A stretch of 32,000 nucleotides of DNA, from positions 610,206 through 642,205 of the forward strand of contig CAJGBI010000002.1 of assembly GCA_904424815.1 (NCBI GenBank), written 5' to 3'. The stretch's first letter is position 1. Each line of letters begins with the position of its first letter. The stretch comes from Puniceicoccaceae bacterium Marseille-Q1082 (GTDB taxonomy: Bacteria > Verrucomicrobiota > Verrucomicrobiia > Opitutales > Intestinicryptomonadaceae). Below the pieces are notes generated by a model, which was given only the letters and a program-made list of their open reading frames with translations, was not told the DNA's origin and did no database searches. Shown piece by piece: positions 16,452 through 24,747 of this stretch. The position numbers were made by a program, and so were the translations under genes.

Positions 16452-17624
16452 ATGAATAAAAAGGCAAAAGTGGCCGTGGTCGCGGGGACCCGCCCGGAAG
16501 TCATAAAAATGGCTCCCGTGTATCGCGAACTGAAAAAGTCCCCCGTTCTGGACGTCGAGTTCATATCGACCGCCCAGCACAGGCAGATGCTCGACCAGGC
16601 CATGTCCATATTCGGAATATCCGCCGACTTCGACATGGACGCCATGCGCCCGGGGCAATCCCTCAATTCGCTGATGTCGCGGCTGATGGCTTCGTGGGAC
16701 GAATACTTTTCCGCCCGCCGCCCCGACGCGGTTCTGGTGCAGGGCGACACCACCACGGTGCTGGCGACCGCAATAGCGGCATTTCACGCGGGGGTGAAAA
16801 TCGGGCACGTCGAGGCGGGGCTGCGCACTTTCAACATGCGCTCGCCGTTTCCGGAGGAGATGAACCGCCGCCTTTGCGACCCGCTCGCCGACTGGTGCTT
16901 TGCGCCGACGAAATCGAATTGGGACAATCTCGCCCGCGAGGGAATCCCCGCCGAAAAGCGCTTTGTGACGGGCAATACGGTGATAGACTCGCTGCTCTGG
17001 ATGCGCGGCAAGCTCCGCTCCGACGGAGTTTCGGCTTCGGGGGTTGCCGCGCGCTGCTCGATTCCCGAAGATTTCTCAAAAAAATATTTGGAGGGCGGCG
17101 CGCCGTGGATTCTCGTCACGGGGCACAGGCGCGAAAATTTCGGAAAAGGTTTTGAAAACCTGTGCCTAGCCCTGGGAACGCTCTCCGAGAAATATCCGGA
17201 CGCCGGAATCCTCTATCCAGTCCACCTGAACCCCAATGTGCAGGAGCCCGTGCGCAGGCTGCTTTCGGGGCGCGCGCGGATAGCGCTGATTCCGCCCGTC
17301 GGCTACGAGGACTTCATCTGGCTGATGGACCGATGCGCTTTCGCCATATCCGACAGCGGCGGCGTGCAGGAGGAGGCCCCGAGCCTCGGCAAGCCCGTCA
17401 TCGTCACGCGCGACTCTACCGAGCGGCCCGAGGGCGTGGAGGCGGGGACGTGCGTTCTCGCGGGCACCGACCCCGAAAAAATCGTCTCCGAGGCGTCCGT
17501 TCTGCTCTCCGATCCTGCGGAATACGCGCGCAGGAGCTCTTTGAAAAACCCGTACGGCGACGGGCGGGCGGCGGAAAAAATAAGGGAAATTTTGGAAAAA
17601 TCGCCATGCTTGCGGACTCTCTGA
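16452..17624 (+). CDS. wecB: UDP-N-acetylglucosamine 2-epimerase (non-hydrolysing)
   Basis: VAGTRPEVIKMAPV, VQGDTTT, HVEAGLRTF, SDSGGVQEEAPSLGKPVIVTRDSTERPEGVEAG and NPYGDGRAAEKI are all typical of WecB/MnaA. Confidence 0.93.
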   Translation: MNKKAKVAVVAGTRPEVIKMAPVYRELKKSPVLDVEFISTAQHRQMLDQAMSIFGISADFDMDAMRPGQSLNSLMSRLMASWDEYFSARRPDAVLVQGDTTTVLATAIAAFHAGVKIGHVEAGLRTFNMRSPFPEEMNRRLCDPLADWCFAPTKSNWDNLAREGIPAEKRFVTGNTVIDSLLWMRGKLRSDGVSASGVAARCSIPEDFSKKYLEGGAPWILVTGHRRENFGKGFENLCLALGTLSEKYPDAGILYPVHLNPNVQEPVRRLLSGRARIALIPPVGYEDFIWLMDRCAFAISDSGGVQEEAPSLGKPVIVTRDSTERPEGVEAGTCVLAGTDPEKIVSEASVLLSDPAEYARRSSLKNPYGDGRAAEKIREILEKSPCLRTL

Positions 17625-18757
17625 CAATCGCGACAATCCCCCTGTACGACAATTCCGCGAAAGCCTACAAGCTCGGCGGCGTCGAAAGCTACATGCGCGC
17701 GCTCGCAAAGGCCGCGCACGAGAGGGGCGCGAAGGTTGACGCCTACCAGATTTCCGACTCCGAATGGACGCGCGACGAGGGTTTTTTCACCCTGCACGGC
17801 GTTCCGGTGAAGGGGGGATTTTTCAAGCCCGCAAACCAAAAGCTCTTTGAATACGCGCGCGAGAGGGCGTCGGAGAGGGGGGCGATAGTCATATCGGGCG
17901 ACCACATGAACGTCAAGACCCGCGACCCGCGCGCGATAGTGGTCGAGCACGGCATCGCGTTCGACTACCCGATAAGCGGAAGCGGCCCGGCGTTTTGGCT
18001 CAAATCCTTCATAAAACTTTTGCGCTGCGTGCGCAACGTCGCAAGGTTCCAGTATGTCAACAACACCGTGTGCGTGGACTACAACCACTTCAACTGGCTG
18101 AGAACCATATCGTCTCCGCGGGACGGCGCGCGCATGAAGGTAATCCCCAACTTCTGCTCCGGCTTCATTCCCGACGCGGAGTTTGAGGAAAAGCTCGCTT
18201 CGCGCAGAACCCGCAAAAGGCGCATAGTGTTCGCCCGCAGGTTCGTGTGGTACAGGGGAACGGAGCTCTTTGCGAACGTGGCGGAACGCCTGCTGCGGGA
18301 GTTCGGCGACATCGAAATAACCTTTGCCGGCGAGGGCCCGCAGGAGGGGATTTTGCGCGAAAAGTTCGGTTCCTCCGAAAACGTCAAAATAACATCGTTC
18401 CATCCGGACGAGACTTTCGAGTTCCACAAGGGCTTCGACTTGGCCGTGGTTCCGACGATATTTTCCGAGGGCACTTCGCTCTCGCTCATAGAGGCGATGG
18501 GCGCGGGGTGCCTGCCGGTCTGCACGCACGTGGGCGGCATGACCAACATAGTTGTGGACGGTTTCAACGGGATGATGTCCTACCCCGACGAGGATTCGTT
18601 TTACGAGTGCGTCCGCGGCGCGCTGCTTGCGGCTCCCGAAAGGTTCGACGCCATGGCGCGCAACGCGCGGGAGACCGCCCAAATGGGGCTCGACTACAGG
18701 TCGTGGTCGGAAAAGTGGATTTCTTTTATAGACCGGACGGTCGCGGCTCTCGGCTGA
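17606..18757 (+). CDS. Glycosyltransferase family 4 (group 1)
   Basis: ATG at 17606, a 19-nt overlap with wecB. Motif VVPTIFSEGTSLSLIEAMGAGCLPVCTHVGGMTNIVVDGFNG. The track start at 17162 is an alternative frame of wecB. Confidence 0.85.
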   Translation: MLADSLTIATIPLYDNSAKAYKLGGVESYMRALAKAAHERGAKVDAYQISDSEWTRDEGFFTLHGVPVKGGFFKPANQKLFEYARERASERGAIVISGDHMNVKTRDPRAIVVEHGIAFDYPISGSGPAFWLKSFIKLLRCVRNVARFQYVNNTVCVDYNHFNWLRTISSPRDGARMKVIPNFCSGFIPDAEFEEKLASRRTRKRRIVFARRFVWYRGTELFANVAERLLREFGDIEITFAGEGPQEGILREKFGSSENVKITSFHPDETFEFHKGFDLAVVPTIFSEGTSLSLIEAMGAGCLPVCTHVGGMTNIVVDGFNGMMSYPDEDSFYECVRGALLAAPERFDAMARNARETAQMGLDYRSWSEKWISFIDRTVAALG

Positions 18758-18779
18758 AATTTTTTTAGGGAAGGCGAAA

Positions 18780-20039
18780 ATGAAATTATTTGCGGAAAAA
18801 GACACGCCGTTTCTTCTTTGCAAGTCCGACAGAATATTGGTGTTCATAATGTTCTTTTCGTACTTCTTTTTCTACGGGCTGCTGAACCTAAACTTCTTTC
18901 TGGAAATTCCCACGGGCATACCGTCGGGGCTGATGAGGCTCACGACTTTCGGGCTCGCCGGATTTTTCGTTTTGAAAGACTTTTCAAACGGCGAGTACCC
19001 GAGAATGACGGCTTCCATAATCTGCCTCGGGGTGTTTTTGCTGTATTACTTCTGCGTGTTCGTCGTGGACGAAAACGTTTTCGGGGCAAATTTCGACATG
19101 TCCACCGGCAGTTCGATGCAGAGGGGCAAACTGGAGGTGGCATACCTGTTTTTCATATCGGCGCTCTCGTACTTCCTGATGTTTTTCGCCGGCCGCAGGC
19201 GCATGGCGTACGTGCTCGCAAACCCGTCCCTCGTCTACATTCCGTCGCTGCTTTCGGTGCTGATAATCATCCTTACCAACATAAGGGCGTTCGGCACCAT
19301 GGACCTCTACCAGACATACCTCTACGACTTCGGCGACGTCAGGCGCGCGGCGATAATCGGTCCGGTGATGAACCTCATAATGGTTTCCCCATACCTCATG
19401 TTCTTTTCGAGAAACAAGCTGTGCAACTTTTTCTGGGGGCCCCTCGGCTGCGCCGCCGCCCTCGCGTGCGTGCTCATCAGCGACAGCCGCACGACTATCG
19501 TCACGATGTTCCTCGTATTGGCGTTTTATGCGGTGGTCTCAATCCGCCAGATATATTCCACGGTCTACGCGATCGTGGTATATGCGGCGGGGGCTGCGGT
19601 GTTCATACCGTATCTTGTGATGTCAAAGGCATTTGAGAGGTTTGCGAATCTCGAAAACATTTTGGACTACAACCTTAAGGCGGACGACCAGCTCTCGCGC
19701 ATAGGGCTTATAAAGGACGGCCTTTCGCAGTTTCTCGACAGCCCGATTATCGGCGGGCACATCTATCTCATAGGCGGGGGATATTCGCATTGCACGCCGG
19801 TTACCATCATGTATTCTACGGGGCTAGTTGGGCTTTCCCTGATATTGGTCGCCGTCGGCGGCATAATAAGGGGTGCGTTCGCGATAAGGGAGATTTTCCG
19901 CGAAAAGTGCATCTGGATTTTCGCCCTCGCGGTGGTGGACATCTGCGGGATGATGATAAACGGCGACACCATGGCGTTTTTCTGCGGCAGCTTTTCCGCG
20001 CTTCTTATGGCAAACGCATTCGCCGCCGACCGCAGGTAG
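18780..20039 (+). CDS. Wzy_C-family polytopic membrane protein (O-antigen polymerase candidate)
   Basis: 419 aa and very hydrophobic. SDSRTTIVTMFLVLAF, then the periplasmic-loop pattern QLSRIGLIKDGLSQFLDSPIIGG...YSHCTPVTIMYSTGLVGL (R...P.GG....H....G..G). GGGAAGG lies before the ATG. Visibly lower GC than the neighbouring genes. Confidence 0.7.
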   Translation: MKLFAEKDTPFLLCKSDRILVFIMFFSYFFFYGLLNLNFFLEIPTGIPSGLMRLTTFGLAGFFVLKDFSNGEYPRMTASIICLGVFLLYYFCVFVVDENVFGANFDMSTGSSMQRGKLEVAYLFFISALSYFLMFFAGRRRMAYVLANPSLVYIPSLLSVLIIILTNIRAFGTMDLYQTYLYDFGDVRRAAIIGPVMNLIMVSPYLMFFSRNKLCNFFWGPLGCAAALACVLISDSRTTIVTMFLVLAFYAVVSIRQIYSTVYAIVVYAAGAAVFIPYLVMSKAFERFANLENILDYNLKADDQLSRIGLIKDGLSQFLDSPIIGGHIYLIGGGYSHCTPVTIMYSTGLVGLSLILVAVGGIIRGAFAIREIFREKCIWIFALAVVDICGMMINGDTMAFFCGSFSALLMANAFAADRR

Positions 20040-20040
20040 G

Positions 20041-21024
20041 CTACCGCACGATAGTCGGGAAGATTTTGTTGAGGCAGAATTTTATCGGAACCGCCGCGAG
20101 GAGGGCCGCCGCCATCAAAAGCAGGTTTATTGCGAGCGTCCGCGCGGTAAAAGTTTCAGGATAGCTTATCGAGAAAAATATTTTGAGCGCCCCGCGGCAC
20201 CACGAATAGACTATGAGGTGCGTGCAGAATATCGTGAGAGTGTTCGCGGCTATCCACCGCACGGGCGCGCAGTACGGTATGCGTTTTGCAAGCAACGCTA
20301 TTCCGCCGCAGCCCGCTATCGATATCGGAATGTACAGCAGCGGGTTGCCGAAGCGCATTGTCGCCATTTCATACGGCAGGTTGAAGGGGCACGCGAAGAA
20401 CGCGGCTGCGCAGAGAGCCAGCCCCGCCATGGGCGCAAGCGGCGAATCCGCCGCTTTGAACGCCTCCGGCTTTTGCGAGTGGGCGCGCATCAGCAGGCTG
20501 CCGAGCTCGAAGTAAAAGAGGGCGACCAGCGCGATGTTTGCGCACCAGAATCCCTCCGTGCCCCGCAATAGCCACGCCGCGCAAACGGCGATTGCGAGCG
20601 TGAACGGAAGCAGGAATTTCGGCGAGCGCGAAATTTTCCCCGACAGAAAGCAGAATATTGAGGCGAAAAACAGCGCGGACAAAAACCACAGCACCGAGAG
20701 GTTTCCGAGGGCGAACCTTTTCAGGATTTCGGCAAAGTCTATTTCCATGCGGCCGTATTTTGCAAACTGGGCGTATACGCAGTAGTGCGCCAGCAGCAGC
20801 GCGCCGAATATGAAATACGGCAGGATCAGGCGCTTGAACTGGCGCTTTGCGAAGTCGGAAAACCGCCCGTCCAGCCCTTTGGCGAACGCGCCGGAAATTA
20901 TGAAAAACAGCGGCATGTGGAAGCTGTAAATCCAGTGGATTGCGCCGGCGGGAAATGTGAGGTGTCCGGCGAGGACGAGCAGTATCGCCGCGAATTTTAT
21001 CTTGTCGGGGAGTTCGTATCTCAT
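20041..21024 (-). CDS. Acyltransferase family 3 membrane protein (glycan O-acetyltransferase-like)
   Basis: 327 aa and polytopic. The N-terminal KIKFAAILLVLAGHL...FHMPLFFIISGAF is typical of the acyltransferase_3/OafA family. Confidence 0.85.
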   Translation of the reverse strand: MRYELPDKIKFAAILLVLAGHLTFPAGAIHWIYSFHMPLFFIISGAFAKGLDGRFSDFAKRQFKRLILPYFIFGALLLAHYCVYAQFAKYGRMEIDFAEILKRFALGNLSVLWFLSALFFASIFCFLSGKISRSPKFLLPFTLAIAVCAAWLLRGTEGFWCANIALVALFYFELGSLLMRAHSQKPEAFKAADSPLAPMAGLALCAAAFFACPFNLPYEMATMRFGNPLLYIPISIAGCGGIALLAKRIPYCAPVRWIAANTLTIFCTHLIVYSWCRGALKIFFSISYPETFTARTLAINLLLMAAALLAAVPIKFCLNKIFPTIVR

Positions 21025-21025
21025 T

Positions 21026-22273
21026 TTATTTTGCGCGGAATTCCCTGCCGCGAATTATGAAGAGCCTCTGCGTGAGTAGCGCGTATTCCGCCAGCACAGC
21101 GACGGCGGCGACGGAATATACGGAGATCGCGCCGCAGAAGTACAACCCGAATACGAGGCAGACGTAAAATACCGAAGTCCACACGGAGGTTTTTATGACG
21201 ATGGAGTTCGACTTTATCGCGCCTATGAGCGGGAAGCCGAGCAGTATTGCCGGAATGGTCGCGTAGGATTTGAGCATTATTATGCGCATCGCGTCTATTA
21301 TCTCGCGCGAGGGCGTGTTGTAGAAGAGGTCTATTATCAGCGGCGCAAACGCGATGGCGATTGTCGCGAAAACCGCGCTCGCTGCCGACGCCGCGAAAAA
21401 TATTTTCCAGAAAAGCCCCAGGTTTTTCCGCTTTATCATGTACGGGTACATGGCAATCTGTATGGGCTGGATTACGGCGTTGTAGGCGTCCACGAGCTTT
21501 CGGGCGGCGGAATAGACGCCGGTCGCCGCGTTGCCGCCCACCAGCCCGAGCAGGAATGTTCCCGACTCCGCTTGCAGCGTATTGCAGAAGTTTACGAGCG
21601 CGAACGGCGAGCTCCCGCGTATGTGTTTCCAAATCTGCCCGATCCCAGCGAATCTGAACGCCATTCCGAATTTTATGTGCGCCACGGCTATGCCTATTGC
21701 GCCGCTGAGCAGGCTGCCGAGCGAGTAGCAGAGCGGGGGGATCCAGACGTCTTCGGGGCCCCTCACGACGAAGAACATCGGCACCATCGTGAGCGTGCGC
21801 GCCGAGAGCGTGATGTAGGTTATGAACTTCATCTTCTCCACCGCCTGGAAAAACCACGAAGGGAAGAGCGCCTCCCCCACTACTATGCCGAAGTAGAGAA
21901 AGTAAACTTCGCGGTGGGCGTGGAAGGCCTCGAAGCGGAAGACTATCGCCGCCATGGCGGCGAACGCGGCGGCGGCGAAGGCGAGCTTTGCGGAAATGAC
22001 CGACCAGAACGCCTCGCGCGTCTTTTGCGCGTCGGAGATATTGGAAGCTATGTAGTGGGTCGTGTAGAAATTGAATCCGAATTGCGTGAACGCCATGAAG
22101 TACCCTATGAACGCCTGCGCGAAGTACACCAGCCCGAACATTTCCACCCCGAGCGTCCTGAACAGGAACGGAATGAGAATCAGCGGCACGATGTAGTCGA
22201 ACCCCTTTATGGCCGACAGGCTCAAAAGGTTTTTGAACAGGGGGGAAGCGAGTGTGCGGCGCAGGATTCGCAT
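21026..22273 (-). CDS. wzx: Oligosaccharide flippase (Wzx, MOP superfamily)
   Basis: 415 aa with ~12 hydrophobic segments. The N-terminus LFKNLLSLSAIKGFDYIVPLILIPFLFRTLGVEMFGLVYFAQAF is typical of the Polysacc_synt family. Confidence 0.85.
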   Translation of the reverse strand: MRILRRTLASPLFKNLLSLSAIKGFDYIVPLILIPFLFRTLGVEMFGLVYFAQAFIGYFMAFTQFGFNFYTTHYIASNISDAQKTREAFWSVISAKLAFAAAAFAAMAAIVFRFEAFHAHREVYFLYFGIVVGEALFPSWFFQAVEKMKFITYITLSARTLTMVPMFFVVRGPEDVWIPPLCYSLGSLLSGAIGIAVAHIKFGMAFRFAGIGQIWKHIRGSSPFALVNFCNTLQAESGTFLLGLVGGNAATGVYSAARKLVDAYNAVIQPIQIAMYPYMIKRKNLGLFWKIFFAASAASAVFATIAIAFAPLIIDLFYNTPSREIIDAMRIIMLKSYATIPAILLGFPLIGAIKSNSIVIKTSVWTSVFYVCLVFGLYFCGAISVYSVAAVAVLAEYALLTQRLFIIRGREFRAK

Positions 22274-22276
22274 CTG

Positions 22277-23497
22277 TTATTTTTGCAGCCTTGCGCTGAA
22301 TTTTTTCAGGGCGTTTTTGGCGGGGGCGGGCATGGGGACGCGCCTTATGGCGAACGACAGCGCCCTTTCAAAAAGCGACGGCATTTTGACGAATTTTTTC
22401 AGGGCGGGCAGCATTCCCTCCTCCCGCGCGAATTTCAAAAATTCCGCACGCGGCGCGCCGGACGGCTCGCGCACGCCTTTTAGCGGTCCGACGCATTCGT
22501 AGGCGGGCGCTATTTCAAATTCCTTCGTTTTCCCGAGGGCGGAGATTTGCGGCAGGAGCTTTGCCGCCCTTTCCGTATTGGCGCAAACGAGCGAGCAGCC
22601 GCGCCCCGCGCTGAACTCCTCCGAGAGCCTTTCAATTCCCCAGAAGTCGGCTATCGTAAAGTCGGCAACGCGCTCTTTGCCCGAAAAGCGGCACGAGCCG
22701 CATGACTCCCTTGTGAAAAGCCCCTTTACGAATCCCCAGTAAAGTATGTCGTGGTCTATTTTTTTCTTGGAGCCGTCGGCGAACCTGAATTCGGCAAACG
22801 AGCTGCGGTCGGTTCCGAATCTCCTGCCCTTGTTTCTGAAAGAGTATCCGGAGATTTTTTTGCCGTAGAGTTTCTCGCAGCCGCGCAGGTAGCTTTCGGT
22901 CAGCTTTGAATTGCTCACGCCGTGGCAGGCGACGTCCACCGTCAGCAGGGTTTCATAGTCCTTTTTCAGAAACAGTTTCAGCGCCGCGATTTGGCACGCC
23001 GTCCCCGAGAAGAGAACCTTTTTTCCGTCGCGCAGTCTGGCGCGGGTTTTCAAAAAAATCCCCGACGTGCGGCTTTGCAGGTATTTCGACTTTCTAAACT
23101 TCCCGATTTCGGAGAGGCTTTCAATTTCGGAGTGGGCGGCCTCCGAGCGCGACGCGGACTCCACGCCGAAAATCGCGCATTTTTCGTCCCCGCCGCAAAA
23201 CGCCTGCGCTATCGCGGTGAACGCCCCTCCCGACGAGCTTTCGGCAAAAACCTTTTCGTCGTTGTGGACAAAGGCGTGAGTTGAGATTATCCCCGAGAAG
23301 AGCCCGCGCGAATTTTCCCCCGCTACCGGACAGACGGAGGCGCACATCCCGCAGTCAACGCAGGCGGAGGCGTCGAGTTCGGGGTATTCAAACCCGTCCG
23401 CGTCGGGGGCCATCGCGAGCGCGGACTTTGGGCAGACTTCCGCGCAGGCCGCGCATCCGCAGCAGTCTTTGCGCTCTATTCCGGTTTTGAGCTTCAT
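22277..23497 (-). CDS. FrhB-like (coenzyme F420 hydrogenase/dehydrogenase beta subunit family) Fe-S protein
   Basis: ATG at 23497. Two ferredoxin-type motifs near the N-terminus (CCGCAACAEVCP and CVDCGMCASVCP), followed by an FrhB-like body (SSSGGAFTAIA...FSGTACQIAAL...ACHGV). The track ORF extends spuriously to 24094. Confidence 0.85.
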   Translation of the reverse strand: MKLKTGIERKDCCGCAACAEVCPKSALAMAPDADGFEYPELDASACVDCGMCASVCPVAGENSRGLFSGIISTHAFVHNDEKVFAESSSGGAFTAIAQAFCGGDEKCAIFGVESASRSEAAHSEIESLSEIGKFRKSKYLQSRTSGIFLKTRARLRDGKKVLFSGTACQIAALKLFLKKDYETLLTVDVACHGVSNSKLTESYLRGCEKLYGKKISGYSFRNKGRRFGTDRSSFAEFRFADGSKKKIDHDILYWGFVKGLFTRESCGSCRFSGKERVADFTIADFWGIERLSEEFSAGRGCSLVCANTERAAKLLPQISALGKTKEFEIAPAYECVGPLKGVREPSGAPRAEFLKFAREEGMLPALKKFVKMPSLFERALSFAIRRVPMPAPAKNALKKFSARLQK

Positions 23498-24618
23498 TTT
23501 TTCAGTTCCGTGCCGAGGGCGCATTTCAAATAGTTTTGGGATTTCGCGAGCTCTTCGGCAAATTTGGCGTCCGCGCGCGAATAGTCCAAATCTCCGGATG
23601 CCGGCGAAGGGTTTGAGGCGGAAATTATCCGGTCCGGCGGAAGTCCGAACCTCTCGAAAATGTCGTCTATGCGCGTGTCGAAAGGGTTGCTTTTTATCGC
23701 GTATACGTCCTTTCTGAAATGCAGCCCGAAGGCGGCGCCGTGGAAGGAACTCGCGACGACCGCCTTCGCGTTGACGAGGAGGTTCAGGAACTCGCGCGGG
23801 CCCGCGTCGAATACGGTTTTGTCTACGCCAAGCCCGTAGTTGTCGGCGATTCCGAGCGCGATGGAGGCCGCCGGCAGTCCGTACCGCTTTTTTACCGCGC
23901 GCAGGGTCTGCCGCGCGAGCTTCCTGTCGGGCAGCACGAGATACGCGAAAATATAGTCTCCCTTTAATATGGGCTCCGCATCCATTTGGCTTTTCCACCA
24001 TTCGGGCGAGTGGAGAAATATCGGGTCGAGGACCGCTTCGACGGGCTCTTGGAGTATTTCGGAAAGTCTTTCGGCGCCCGATTTCTCGCGGCACGACAAA
24101 AAGTCTATTCCCGAGATTATCCGCCGCATGTTTTCCGCCTCGTCAGCCGATATCTGCGATGTCCCCACGCTCGGGGCGTAGGCGACGGTGCGCTTTCCTA
24201 ATCCTTTTGCAAAGCACAGCCCGCGGGCGGGGACGATGTACCTGGGGTGCCAGATGGCGTCGCTGCCCGCAACGTATGCGTCGAAAACCGGAGGGTCGCG
24301 GTTTATGGCGTCTTCGCCGACGTATTCGCGCGTGAGGCGCCAGCCGCTCCTGAATTGCGCGAACCTCTCGCGCGACTTTTCGATGTTGCGCGCATTGGCA
24401 AATCTTGCGAGGTTTCCGAGAATCCGCCTCGGCAGCTTTGAAAGCCCGTCGACTTTCCAGTCGTATTTTGAATTGTATATGCGGCGCAGCCCCGGGAGCC
24501 AATAGTTTATCACGCTCGTTTTTGCGCCGAGCTCGTTCAGGCGGGCGTACAGTGAAAACGCCTGCAAGTCCGAGCCGAAATTGCGGAGGTTGTGCTGTGT
24601 TATAAGGCCTACGTCCAT
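23494..24618 (-). CDS. Polysaccharide pyruvyl transferase family protein
   Basis: ATG at 24618. MDVGLITQHNLRNFGSDLQAFSLYARLNELG and VASSFHGAAFGLHF are typical of the PS_pyruv_trans (CsaB/WcaK-like) family. ATGA overlap with the FrhB-like gene at 23494-23497. Confidence 0.85.
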   Translation of the reverse strand: MDVGLITQHNLRNFGSDLQAFSLYARLNELGAKTSVINYWLPGLRRIYNSKYDWKVDGLSKLPRRILGNLARFANARNIEKSRERFAQFRSGWRLTREYVGEDAINRDPPVFDAYVAGSDAIWHPRYIVPARGLCFAKGLGKRTVAYAPSVGTSQISADEAENMRRIISGIDFLSCREKSGAERLSEILQEPVEAVLDPIFLHSPEWWKSQMDAEPILKGDYIFAYLVLPDRKLARQTLRAVKKRYGLPAASIALGIADNYGLGVDKTVFDAGPREFLNLLVNAKAVVASSFHGAAFGLHFRKDVYAIKSNPFDTRIDDIFERFGLPPDRIISASNPSPASGDLDYSRADAKFAEELAKSQNYLKCALGTELKK

Positions 24619-24657
24619 GCCGAGAGCGCAGTAAATTAAAGCCGCAGTATATTTGCG

Positions 24658-24690
24658 CGCGCGAAAGAATGTCGAGCATTCTTTTGCGCG
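24658..24690. promoter_or_regulatory. 33-nt near-perfect palindrome in a divergent intergenic region (operator or RNA hairpin candidate)
   Basis: CGCGCGAAAGAATG-TCGAG-CATTCTTTTGCGCG has 14 paired positions (13 Watson-Crick plus one G-T) around a 5-nt centre. It lies 40 nt from the pyruvyl transferase ATG and 58 nt from the ligase-like ATG. Confidence 0.4.
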
Positions 24691-24747
24691 GCGCGGGCGG
24701 CAGCATTTTTGTTGCAATGCGGGGGCGCCGTAAAATAGAAAAGGGCA

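Noticed and set aside
17303-18847. 514-aa minus-strand ORF
   Set aside because: It is antisense to wecB and the second GT4 gene, is Arg-rich, and has no recognisable domain.
23498-24094. 5' extension of the FrhB-like frame (605-aa ORF)
   Set aside because: It overlaps the pyruvyl transferase gene in another frame and is Arg-rich. The ferredoxin motifs start right after M at 23497, which has an ATGA coupling.
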